Both the position numbers and the translations under genes were made by a program. Below, piece by piece: positions 1 through 12,300 of a DNA stretch of 64,000 nucleotides (the first letter of the stretch is position 1; each line of letters starts with the position of its first letter). The notes beneath the pieces are model-generated. The model searched no databases and had not been told where the DNA came from. It was given only the letters and a program-made list of their open reading frames with translations. Source of the DNA: an uncultured Gammaproteobacteria bacterium (GTDB lineage Bacteria; Patescibacteriota; Microgenomatia; UBA1406; HO2-37-13b). Location: the NCBI GenBank assembly GCA_964612595.1, contig CAZTFB010000001.1:3058-67057 (forward strand). The letters are read 5' to 3'.

Positions 1-1548
1 AATGACTGCTAGTATCTTGGAAACATTGCTGAGAATACCTTCAAGGTATGCGATTTGCTCATGGAGCGCCTTAAGTTCTTCTTCGAGTTTTGCGCGCTCA
101 AGCCCTGTTAAGCGCTTAAGCTGCATATCGAGAATGGCTTGAGCCTGTAGATCACTAAAGCCAAACTTGCTCATGAGCGACGACTTTGCATCAGCTTCGG
201 TTTTGGCTTTCTTGATAATCGCTATGATTTCATCGATATGGTCGAGCGCTTTTAAGAGCCCTTCGAGAATATGCGCGCGAGCTTTCGCCTTATCAAGTTC
301 AAACATGCAGCGGTTTGTAATAACGCGGACGCGATGTTTTATATATTGTTCGAGGATTGTTTTGAGCGAAACTGTCTGGGGTGTATCATTGACCAGTGCA
401 ACCATATTCACCGGATAGCTTGTTTGAAGCTCCGTGTATTTAAAGAGATTGTTTAACAGCTTTTTATATACTGCATCGCGCTTTAGTTCGACAACAACGC
501 GAATACCATCTTTATCTGATTCGTCGCGCAGATCTGCAATACCAATAAGTTTTTTATCATGAACAAGGTCGGCAATCTTCATGACAAGATTCGCCTTATT
601 TACCTGGTATGGTAGTTCATCGATCACAATTTTTTCGCGGCCCTTTCCGCCTTCTTCATGGTGCACTGTGGCGCGTACGACGATTTTTCCCTTACCAGTA
701 GCGTACGCGCGCTGAATTTCTTCCTGACCATAGATATTTGCACCTGTCGGGAAGTCAGGACCTGTTACATGCTCCATAAGAGCCTGTAAATCGGTATTAA
801 ACATAAGTTTCTGTGTGTTGTTTTCGTCGAGAGGAGAGGTATATATAATGTGATTCAGCTCGTCAGTTTCGGTTTCCTCAGGGCTAACTGCAATATCATT
901 TTTTACTTCGCTGGTTTCGTCGATCATTCGTACCACCGCATCAATGATTTCAGTTAAGTTATGCGGGGGGATTTTTGTAGCCATACCGACTGCAATACCT
1001 TCGGCACCCATGAGAAGCAAGTTTGGAAGTTTTGCAGGAAGGAATACTGGTTCTTGGATCCTGCCATCAAAGTTATCCTGCCACTGGACCGTATCTTTAT
1101 CGATATCTTGTAACATTTCATCTGCAATAGCGGTCATTTTTGCTTCGGTATAACGCATGGCAGCTGGTGGATCACCGTCGATAGAGCCAAAGTTACCTTG
1201 GCCAAGAATAAGCGGATAGCGCATTGAGAAAAGTTGTCCCATTCTTACCAACGCGTCATATACGGAGCTGTCACCGTGTGGGTGGTATTTACCAAGCACC
1301 TCACCAACAACCGTTGCAGATTTTGAAAATCGTGCTTTATGGGTAAGTCCAATCTTATGCATTGCGAACAGCACCCTTCGGTGTACAGGTTTTAGACCGT
1401 CGCGCACATCTGGAAGTGCGCGCGAGACAATAACAGACATCGCGTAATTAAGATACGCGCGCTTCATCTCATCGACGATCGGCGCTATGCGTGTATCGTT
1501 ATGAGGTGGGACTATTTCTTCTGGTGCTTTATCGTTATCTTCATCCAT
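1..1548 (-). CDS. gyrA: DNA gyrase subunit A, N-terminal ~516 codons (gene continues beyond left edge)
   Basis: Absent from the ORF track because it has no stop in the window. My reverse translation from ATG at 1548 gives MDEDND...AMSVIVSRALPDVRDGLKPVHRRVLF...GKYHPHGD, which are GyrA signatures. Confidence 0.93.
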   Translation of the reverse strand, partial: MDEDNDKAPEEIVPPHNDTRIAPIVDEMKRAYLNYAMSVIVSRALPDVRDGLKPVHRRVLFAMHKIGLTHKARFSKSATVVGEVLGKYHPHGDSSVYDALVRMGQLFSMRYPLILGQGNFGSIDGDPPAAMRYTEAKMTAIADEMLQDIDKDTVQWQDNFDGRIQEPVFLPAKLPNLLLMGAEGIAVGMATKIPPHNLTEIIDAVVRMIDETSEVKNDIAVSPEETETDELNHIIYTSPLDENNTQKLMFNTDLQALMEHVTGPDFPTGANIYGQEEIQRAYATGKGKIVVRATVHHEEGGKGREKIVIDELPYQVNKANLVMKIADLVHDKKLIGIADLRDESDKDGIRVVVELKRDAVYKKLLNNLFKYTELQTSYPVNMVALVNDTPQTVSLKTILEQYIKHRVRVITNRCMFELDKAKARAHILEGLLKALDHIDEIIAIIKKAKTEADAKSSLMSKFGFSDLQAQAILDMQLKRLTGLERAKLEEELKALHEQIAYLEGILSNVSKILAVI

Positions 1549-1554
1549 AATTAT

Positions 1555-2064
1555 TTACTCCATTGCTTTCTTAACTGCTTCTACAGCCGCATCTTTACCT
1601 AAGAAATCCTTTGTCTTAACCCATTTGTTTGGTTCAAGATCTTTATATGTGTCAAAGAAATTTTTGATTTGTTGCTTAACCATATCTGGCACATCGTCAA
1701 TTGTTTCGATTTCTGCCATAAACGGATCAATTTTCTTCGTAGGAACGGCAATTATCTTTGTGTCAATCCCCTCTTCGTCTTCCATCTCAAGCATGCCGAT
1801 AATGCGTGAGGTAATAACAGTACCAGGCTGCACGGCGTATGTTGAAAGCACAATAACATCTAGTGCATCACCATCTTCAGCGTGTGTGCCTGGAACAAAT
1901 CCATAGTTGTATGGATAAAAAAGTGGGCCATACACAAAGCGGTCAACCATTAGAACACCGCTTTCTTTATCGAGTTCGTACTTAATAGAAGATCCTTTAG
2001 GAATTTCTATAAATACGTGCATTTTTTCTGGAAGTTCGCCCGCACCAAGTTTTTGTAGATCCAT
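1555..2064 (-). CDS. ppa: Inorganic pyrophosphatase (family I)
   Basis: 169-aa ORF with YPYNYGFVPGT and DGDALDVIVL motifs typical of soluble PPase. Sits between gyrB and gyrA. Confidence 0.9.
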   Translation of the reverse strand: MDLQKLGAGELPEKMHVFIEIPKGSSIKYELDKESGVLMVDRFVYGPLFYPYNYGFVPGTHAEDGDALDVIVLSTYAVQPGTVITSRIIGMLEMEDEEGIDTKIIAVPTKKIDPFMAEIETIDDVPDMVKQQIKNFFDTYKDLEPNKWVKTKDFLGKDAAVEAVKKAME

Positions 2065-2082
2065 AATAGTTGTAATAAATTG

Positions 2083-4170
<2,088 letters not shown>

Positions 4171-4181
4171 CTACAGGAAAG

Positions 4182-4469
4182 CTAGAATTCGATCGGCACG
4201 AGACCTTCGGGAATCGCGTCGACCTCCACGCGGCGATACCCGCCGTTACGTCCGTCCGGCATGCCGGCCTTGGCACCGATCTCGAGGTGCGTCTCGTTGT
4301 AGAGGTCGATCCCCTCGACGTCCACCCAGGCCGTGCCGTCCTCATCCCACCAGCCGCCGTGGACCGTGATTCCCGCAGCCTTGGCCTCAGCCAAGTGAGC
4401 GGGAAGAAAGTCCGTCAGACGGCCATCGTCGTCCAGGTAGTGCAACTTGCGCCGCGGCAGAAGGATCAT
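4182..4469 (-). CDS. Hypothetical 95-aa protein encoded in a ~65% G+C foreign-looking cassette
   Basis: AGGAG lies 5 nt upstream of the ATG (minus strand ...GAACAGGAGCTGAGATG). This frame has marked G/C preference at codon position 3. Overlapping ORFs on other frames lack an RBS. I recognise no family. Confidence 0.6.
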   Translation of the reverse strand: MILLPRRKLHYLDDDGRLTDFLPAHLAEAKAAGITVHGGWWDEDGTAWVDVEGIDLYNETHLEIGAKAGMPDGRNGGYRRVEVDAIPEGLVPIEF

Positions 4470-4562
4470 CTCAGCTCCTGTTCTTCAATCATTGTCTCTC
4501 CCCGTGGGTTCCGACACGGTTCGAGTTTCGGATGCGCAGCAATTTGCGCATTTGTGAGCGAT

Positions 4563-4591
4563 ATTGTATCAAAATGCATCATTTGATACAA
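4563..4591 (-). promoter_or_regulatory. Sigma70-like promoter embedded in a 10-bp inverted repeat, reading toward the 95-aa ORF
   Basis: Minus strand reads TTGTAT-17 nt-TACAAT. The same DNA is the dyad ttgtatcaaa-N8-tttgatacaa (4564-4573 and 4582-4591). The plus strand reads TTGTAT-17-TACAAC, so it could be bidirectional. Confidence 0.4.
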
Positions 4592-4609
4592 CTCACTATT
4601 ATTGAAATG

Positions 4610-4692
4610 TTATCGTGCTTCGATACGCGAAAGCACCATGGAATTTTGAGTGTAGATGTAGCTTTATTATCGTGCATCGATGCACGAAAGCA
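4610..4692. repeat. Two 26-nt direct copies of a dyad-containing motif, 57 bp apart
   Basis: ttatcgtgcttcgatacgcgaaagca (4610-4635) versus ttatcgtgcatcgatgcacgaaagca (4667-4692). The second copy contains the perfect 16-bp palindrome cgtgcatcgatgcacg (4671-4686). Confidence 0.55.
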
Positions 4693-4695
4693 ATT

Positions 4696-4723
4696 GAAAA
4701 AGGTGGGGAAACGTAGAACCCCA
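4696..4723 (-). terminator. Rho-independent-type terminator after the sortase operon
   Basis: Minus strand reads tgggg-ttctacgttt-cccca followed by CCTTTTTTC, about 15 nt after the sortase stop. Confidence 0.45.
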
Positions 4724-4738
4724 TAGTTCGCAAACCCG

Positions 4739-5350
4739 CTATTCAACAGGAGAGGCCTCGATAATAAGGCGTTTAAGCGTCGTTCCAGGAGGCCAACACG
4801 TCATCAGCGTCAGTTTCTTCGACTTCGCAACGCCACTCATATACGCAACACTCTCAGGATTAACAATACGCTTCGCATCAACCCTATACGCATATTTCTC
4901 CTCATCAAAATACAATAGAATATCATCCCCCTTCTCCAACTTCGTTAGTAGATAAAAAACCGAGTTATACCGGTTCGCGTTGTAAAAATTATCCGACGAA
5001 TGTGCAAATAAAAACACATTCCCCGCTTCATTCGGAAACGAAGACCCGCGAGCATGTGCCACACCCTTCGTCAGAGCTCGCTGATAAGCACTTTCATCCC
5101 TCGTGTTCACATTCTTAATAACCTTCGCATTCGCGTTAATTTTGGGCACTACAATACCGAATTCTTTATCGATAGGTTCTATAGCCTGTTCTTTGACGGG
5201 GACATTCTGTAGTTGCTTTGCATAATATCTAATTTCTTCTTGAGCGACAGGGTAAAAGATTAGACTTAACAAGATCACACCGAAGATCAATGCAAGAGCA
5301 CTGCCGTAGAGAATGAGATTAATTCTTTTGATATCTTTTGTACGCGGCAT
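4739..5350 (-). CDS. Sortase (transpeptidase)
   Basis: Has an N-terminal TM segment, an LFAHS histidine motif and the catalytic TLMTC(W) motif. I place the start at MPRTKD (ATG 5350) rather than 5386. Co-oriented with two surface-protein genes. Confidence 0.85.
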   Translation of the reverse strand: MPRTKDIKRINLILYGSALALIFGVILLSLIFYPVAQEEIRYYAKQLQNVPVKEQAIEPIDKEFGIVVPKINANAKVIKNVNTRDESAYQRALTKGVAHARGSSFPNEAGNVFLFAHSSDNFYNANRYNSVFYLLTKLEKGDDILLYFDEEKYAYRVDAKRIVNPESVAYMSGVAKSKKLTLMTCWPPGTTLKRLIIEASPVE

Positions 5351-6332
5351 ATCCAAGTATACCAAGCAGTCCAAGTATGCCAGCACCTAATGCGTAAAGC
5401 ATAGGTTTGCTCAAACCAGTCTGAATACCCAATACCGTACCTTCATCACCTTGGTTGACTTCCTCTTGTGTCGGCGCTGACTCCTCACCAGCACCTTCTT
5501 CAGTAGCACCCTCTCCTGCACCTTCTTCACCTGTCGTACCTTCACCGCCAGCGGCTCCACCCTCACCTGGCTGACCAACTTGAGCGCCACCAGCGACTGG
5601 AATAGCACCACCTGTTTGACCTGTTGTGGTTGTCGTCCCACCCGAAGTGGTTGTTGATGTGGATATGATGGTTATCTCAGCATCGCCAACGACACCTGAC
5701 GGAACTCCTTCAGCATTAAATGCACGCAGTGCATAGTAGTACGTCTTTCCACACTCTGGAAGGCTATTGTCGATGGTCTTGAAGGTGTTTGGTCCAACAG
5801 CGACTGATTCTACTCGCGTAGACGTATTAATGCCGAAACTCTTTTGATCAGAGCGATAAAGTTCTACGTAAGATGTTTCTCCGTCGTCAGCTGTTTTGAA
5901 TGAGATGCGATAGATACAACCTGGGCCTGAGCTCTTTGAATATTGTGTAGGTGTACCAGGGCCTGTTGTGTTTACATCAAGACTAACAACAGCGCTATTA
6001 ACCTCGTCAATACCAGCAGAAGCTCGAACAAAGAACTGATACGTTCCATCGACCGCGATATGAGAAGAAGAAACGTTACACACATCAGAATCTCCACCAG
6101 CTTGGAGTGCTACGCTATCGAACAGCGAAAATCCGCCATCTGCCGGGCCTTTTTTGAAGCACTGAACAGTAACTGGGCGGTCCTGAATATCTAGACTTAC
6201 GAACTTAATATCGAAATCTGGGCGGCCAATAATATCGCCTGGGTTTTCAATACGCACATTTAATCCGGCCGCATGTGCAGTCTGCGCAAACAGTCCAAAC
6301 ATCATTAGTGCGAGTATAAGTAGTTTTTTCAT
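5319..6332 (-). CDS. Secreted surface protein with Gly/Thr/Glu-rich stalk and C-terminal membrane anchor
   Basis: Signal peptide MKKLLILALMMFGLFAQTAHA. Beta-rich (FN3/Ig-like) body. Low-complexity TTSGGTTTTTGQTGG...GEGATEEGAGEE stretch. Hydrophobic tail plus KRYQKN. No canonical LPXTG; VLGIQTGLS precedes the tail. Confidence 0.7.
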   Translation of the reverse strand: MKKLLILALMMFGLFAQTAHAAGLNVRIENPGDIIGRPDFDIKFVSLDIQDRPVTVQCFKKGPADGGFSLFDSVALQAGGDSDVCNVSSSHIAVDGTYQFFVRASAGIDEVNSAVVSLDVNTTGPGTPTQYSKSSGPGCIYRISFKTADDGETSYVELYRSDQKSFGINTSTRVESVAVGPNTFKTIDNSLPECGKTYYYALRAFNAEGVPSGVVGDAEITIISTSTTTSGGTTTTTGQTGGAIPVAGGAQVGQPGEGGAAGGEGTTGEEGAGEGATEEGAGEESAPTQEEVNQGDEGTVLGIQTGLSKPMLYALGAGILGLLGILGYAAYKRYQKN

Positions 6333-6340
6333 AGTATTTA

Positions 6341-9300
6341 TTAGCTTTTCTTTTTTTTAAGTCGTAATCCGTAAGCTACACCGCCTGCACCTGCTGCAAC
6401 CATAAGAAGTGCTGCAAGAGCGAGAATGGTTGCAGCTCCTGTTGCTGGGAGTGTTGATGCACCAAGAACTTTACCTTCTTCTCTCTTTTCTTCTCTTCGA
6501 ATATCGAGTGAATCATTAATATAGTTGTCTGCAAGAATCTCTACTTCGGTTCCTACGAAGTTAGTGTCGACAAATCCTTCTGGCTGAGCTAAGGCTAATA
6601 CCTGTTCTCCACCGAGAGATTGGCCTTCTGACCATGCTAGGTCGGGATATACGCCTGTGTCTTGTGTCGCAGCTACTTTAGCTTGATAGGTTAAGACGAT
6701 CTCATCACCAATCTGAAGATCTCCTAATGACCATGTTCCTGGGGAAGCATATGTTGGCTCAGGTATGATGAATGGGAGTCCATTCTTAAGTGCTGTCCAC
6801 GAACCACCGACGTATTGGAATCCTTCTGATGGTACGTCGATGACGAGTGTGTCTTCTACACTGCTTTCAGCAACGGTAACGGTAAGTGTAAAGGTTACGA
6901 TATCGCCAGGTACGCGTGGTGCGCCGCCGGTATCATTTTTCTTTGCGATGGTTAATTCTGGGATGAGTGGTTTATTGCCGACTTCGCAGTTAACGGTTTG
7001 TCCAGAAGTGACTTCGACCGTTTCGGTATCAATTTGTTCATCGATTGCATCAACTTCGGCAGCTTGCACACGGTCAATTAGACCTTGAGTTTCAAAGTTT
7101 TGATTTGGGTCATTCTCTTCGCACCAATCATCGCCGGTCTGACTGTCTGGATGACCATTATCTTCTCTTGGTCCTTCGTATGGGAAGTCTAATTCATGAC
7201 CGACATGCCCTGGATTATCGATTTCGACTGCAAGTGCATTCCATTTATCGGCACCTTCATTCCAGTGACAAAGCCCACCAGTAAATATTCCCGGTGTCGG
7301 TGTTGCTGTTGGTTCACCTGTGACAGTTGGAGTTACAGTTGGATTAGTTTCTTCAACATTACATGTAATTGCTGTTTGTTCCCATCCTTTTTGTTGATCC
7401 TCACTTAGTACGTATGTTCCCGGTGTAAGGTCATCAAAGGTTGTTTGGCCATTTTCTTCGCCGGTTGTTTGTTCTTTAAGACTCTCACCTTGTGCAAGGT
7501 TCATTTCCCAACCACCCATTGCTTCTTCCCCTTTATCCCATACTCCATTCCCATTGTCATCACTGTATTTAGTTACAATGATTTCTCCATCTTGGTAGTT
7601 GCCAATTTCACAATCGATGACTTGGTCTGCTCCTACGGTAAGTGAAAGGCTGTCGTTTTCTTCGTTATATGAACCAATTCCTTCCTCATCAAGACTACAA
7701 GCGATGTTGGATTGAATCCAGCCCTCTGGGAGGTCTTCTGAGAGTTCATACTCACCTGTTACTGGGTTAAATGTTACCTCCCCATCTTCTCCGGTTAGTT
7801 CTGAATCCTCATCAAGATTAATAGTCCAGTCTGCAAGTACTTCTTCGCCTTCGTCACGAGTACCATCAGCATTCACATCATGGTATTTAGTAACGTTTAC
7901 CGTTCCTCTCTCTCGTGTATTTATAAAGGTACAAGTTGCGGTTTCATCAGTTGCTACTTCAACACCATAGACGATTTCTCCATCTTGACTACCCGTCGTG
8001 CACTCGGCCGATAGAAGCTTGTATCCTTCTTCAACAACCTCACCCACATTGTAGGTTCCGGTATTGAGTGGATCGACGGTGACTTCACCATTCACGTCGG
8101 TTGACAAAGGTCCAAGGTCTGGGGTGTCCGAAGACTGGCCATCAACATTAAACTCCCACTCGACTCCATCAGTCCTATCATCGGTTGTTTGTAGATTGCC
8201 ATCTTCGTCGAGAAGCTTATTAATAATGAGTTTGCCTGTATTGCGTGTATTTGTGTAGGTACAGTTAATTGACTCACCCGGGTCAAGATTAAAGTTAATT
8301 GAACCTTGATTAGAGGCAGTTCCTTCAACTCCACAGTCGATATCTGTTGCGTAAAGTTCTGATGTTTCTTCTGAAAGAACGTATTCACCGTTAACAAGGT
8401 CGGTAAATGTGTGACTTTCTGTATCTGCAAGAGATGTGCTGCCAACTGTCTGTTGACCAGCTTTGAGTGCAAAGTCCCAGAATGTACTGTCGTTTGGAAC
8501 AACATCCTTAGTTACAGTGATGGTACCTCTCGCTACGTTTGTGAACGTACAAGTTACTGTTTCTCCTGGGCTAAGGGTAATGTCGTCTATGTTGCGTCCA
8601 TTGCCAGATTGCTGGTTAGAACAAGCATACGAGCTGTCATAAATATCCTCAACAACTGTCTCATCTGGGTTTTCAACGACAGCGTACTCACCGGCTGGAA
8701 GGTCAAACTCTTGGGATTGATTATGTCCAAGGGTTGTCTCTTCGTCAACACCATCACCAGTAACGTCTATGTCCCATAGGGACGCATCATCGGTTGGGTT
8801 GAGCATTTTCTGTACGATAAGTGTTCCACGACCTTGGTTATAAAAGGTATGTGAATATTGGGAACCGCTTTGCGCGAGTCCGAACGAATGCGTCGTATCG
8901 CCTATTGCGTCGTATCCATTAACAGTACCTTCTTCTACACCATACGTGTGTCCTGGTCCAAGATTAGACCATGTATAACATCCTGTTCGTGCACCTGTTT
9001 CTTGTGTATCGATCACTTCACCATCTTCAAGAAGCATAACTGGCCATCCAGTGTATGGTGTTTGATCATTGGTGGTTGTTGTATTTCCGTCACGGTCAAT
9101 GACTTTACATACAGTTACAGATACGTTCTTAAAGTTTGTAAAGTTGTTGTTTGCGTCAGATTCGCCTGCGACGAGCTCCACATTTAGCTCATCTGTTGTT
9201 AGGTGTGTCCAACCGGCAACGAGCTCTTCCATTACTTTGTATAAATCAGGAACAAGATTGCTGAAGCTATAGAAACCACTAGCATCTGTGGTTGCTGAGT

Positions 9301-12300
9301 CGATTTTAGTACAGTCAACATAACCTGAGAGACAGCTGTAAAGATCTATGTTCCATCCAAGAACAGCTGAGAGATCATCGGTTGATGCAATATCTCCATC
9401 GGCGTCTTCGAATTTGTAGCCAGATATGGAGCCTCTCTGTGTGTTGGTAAAGGTACAGGTTACATTCTCGCCTGGCTCAAGATTTATGGTTGCTACTCTA
9501 TTTTCAAGGCTAACAGTACTGGGGACTGAAGATTGGCCATCGCTACAAGTGAGGCCAGTAAGATCCCAACCATCAACTGCTGCTTCTGTAAAGGTATAAA
9601 CACCATTTACTAAACTAGGGATGGTTATGCTGTTTGAAAGTGTGTTGTCTGCATCGTCATCTAAACTAAAGCTTCCGGTCCCTGTGGCGGTGAAAGCGAA
9701 GTCTTGTGCGCTATTTGGATTTGCATCTTTAATGATGGTGATAGACCCACGAGCTACGTTGGTGAATGTACAGGTGACGGTTTCGCCAGTGTTTACGCTT
9801 AGATCATCTATAATTCTTCCATTTCCGGCTTGTTGATTGGTACATGAATATGTGCTGTCATACAGATCGCCGTTCACACCTGTATCTGGGCTTTCGACAA
9901 TATCATACTCACCGTCTGGAAGAATATGCTGGCTCGTTTGGTTGTGACCAAGTGTTGAGGATGCTGTGGCATACTCACCATCAACCGCCATATCCCAGAG
10001 GGATGTATCGTTGGTTGGGTTGAGGACTTTCTTAATAATTAATGTACCTCTTCCTTGGTTTCCAAAGTCATTTCCTTGTGAGTTTTGACCTGATTCTGCG
10101 ACTACTGTGTGGCATGTTGGACTTGATGTTTGTGTCCATCCGCTTTGTGCGACCTCACAAACAACGTATGTTCCAGGTCCAAGATTGGTGAAGCTGTAAT
10201 TACCATTCGCATCAGTTGTATCGCTGACTTCTCCCTGATCTAGCGTTTGATTATCATTTGTATCGATAAAAATAGTCCAACCCTGAAGTCCAGGTTCTTG
10301 GTCACGTGAACCGTTTCCATTTAGATCATTATATTTGGTGCCGGTTATGTCAATGTTTTCAAAGTTGGCGAAATCAACCTGAGTTTCTGCTCCACTTACC
10401 ATTCCAATTGGCGTTGGGGTAAGACTTTGTGGTCCATATGTTTGTGTCCACCCGGCTTGTTGTTGCTCTTTGACATAGTATGTATTGCCGGCAAGTAGGC
10501 CAGTGAATTCAAAGAAGCCATCTGAAAGTGTAGTATAGGTATTGAGTAGAGCACTTGTAACTCCATCATAAAGTTCAAATACCCAACCACCAAGCGTATC
10601 AAGAAGATCGTCAGCATCTAGTTGACCATCCCCATCGTTGTCTTGATATTTGTAGCCATAGATTTGTGCATATTTTGCGTTTCCAAAGTCATTGTCTGTA
10701 TAAGAATTTCCACTTTCGACGGTAACATCATAATATTTATATGCTGGATATGTTTGATACCATGTATTTGCGTCAAGAGTGCCTTCAGCTACAACATGGA
10801 TTCCTGGTGTGCAAACTTTAAAGCTATAATTACCATTTTCATCAGTAGTTGTTTGATCTTCTGATTGTCCTGATAGATTAATCGGCCAGTCAGCAACTGT
10901 TGGCTCGTCTTGATCCCATTCACCGTTACCATTAAGATCTTCCCATTTACTACCCGAGACGGTTGCACATGCAAAGTTGCCAAAGTAAACGGTTTGATCA
11001 GACGAGCTTGTAAGCTCGACATTTTGAAATAGTGGTGTGGTGTTAGACCAGTCAGTTTTCTGAGTTTCAGTTACCGTATATTGTCCTGGAAGTAGATCAT
11101 TAAACGTTGTACATCCATTTTGGTCGGTAACTTGAACTACATTACCTGGGGTCAAGGTCATTGTCCAGTCACCGAGTAAAGTGTCTCCTGTTCTATTGCC
11201 ATCTCCATTTTCATCTTCGTATTTACATGCAGTGATATCTCGAAGGCGTGTGTTATTAAAAGTACATGTTATCTGATCGTTTGGACCGACGGTAATGCCT
11301 GTTACACCAGTCGAGCCTGATGTTCCAATTGGAGCACCAGCAGCATTCGTACATGAAGCAGAAGTAAGGCTCCATCCAGTTGGAACTGTTTCAGATACAG
11401 CATATGTGCCTGTGTTTACAGATACAAATCCCGTAGTACCAGTATTTCCTACTGTAGTGATTTGTGGTGTTGAGGCTGAAGGACCGGATACACTGAAATC
11501 AAACGTTCCATTGTCACCAGAAGTATTTTTTACGACTTTGAGTTGACCTTGGTTTACAGTGTTGGTTATTGTGCAGACAATATCATCATCTGGATCTACA
11601 TCTACATTCAACGGTCCCGTACCTGATGAAGTAGCTACGACATTGGTTGTTCCTCTATCGACACATGTTATTGTTGAACTATAATTTGAAATTGTAGTTC
11701 CTGCACAAGCAGTTTCACCAACAGTGTGTGTAGCACCAGGGTTTGCATTCGTTCCTGCAGTGACGTTTACTATGCCAGTTGTTCCAGCATCACTTACACA
11801 AGCTGCTTCGGTTGTGCTGTTGACCTGAAGATTAAATGTTCCACTGTCATTGGAAGGAACAAGATCTTTAACGACCTCAATTTTTGCGAATTCTGGCACA
11901 GTAATTGGTACTGAGAATCCATCCTCACAATTACATTTTGAAGGAGCACCTGGAACTGTATCGAGTGGGCCGGTACATGCTGTTGCATTTTGTTCCCAGG
12001 TTGTACAATACGGAAGATTTAGATAGTTATTTGCATCTGGAATACAAGCGACAGTTAATGTCAGTGAAGGGTTCACTGGAGCTGCACTTGATATGTCTCC
12101 GCACACATTGCTGTCAAAGTTGTACCAAGGTGGTACAGGTGAGTATGGAAGTGTTGATATTGAACAGCTGCCAGATAATGCGCTTGATTGTCCCCCAGTT
12201 GCAAACCAAAGACCTACATTGTATCGTTGTGTAGCTGTAGATTGAACTTGCCAATCAGCTCTGAATGTTACTGTATCACTAGGTGAGGTACATCCATCAT

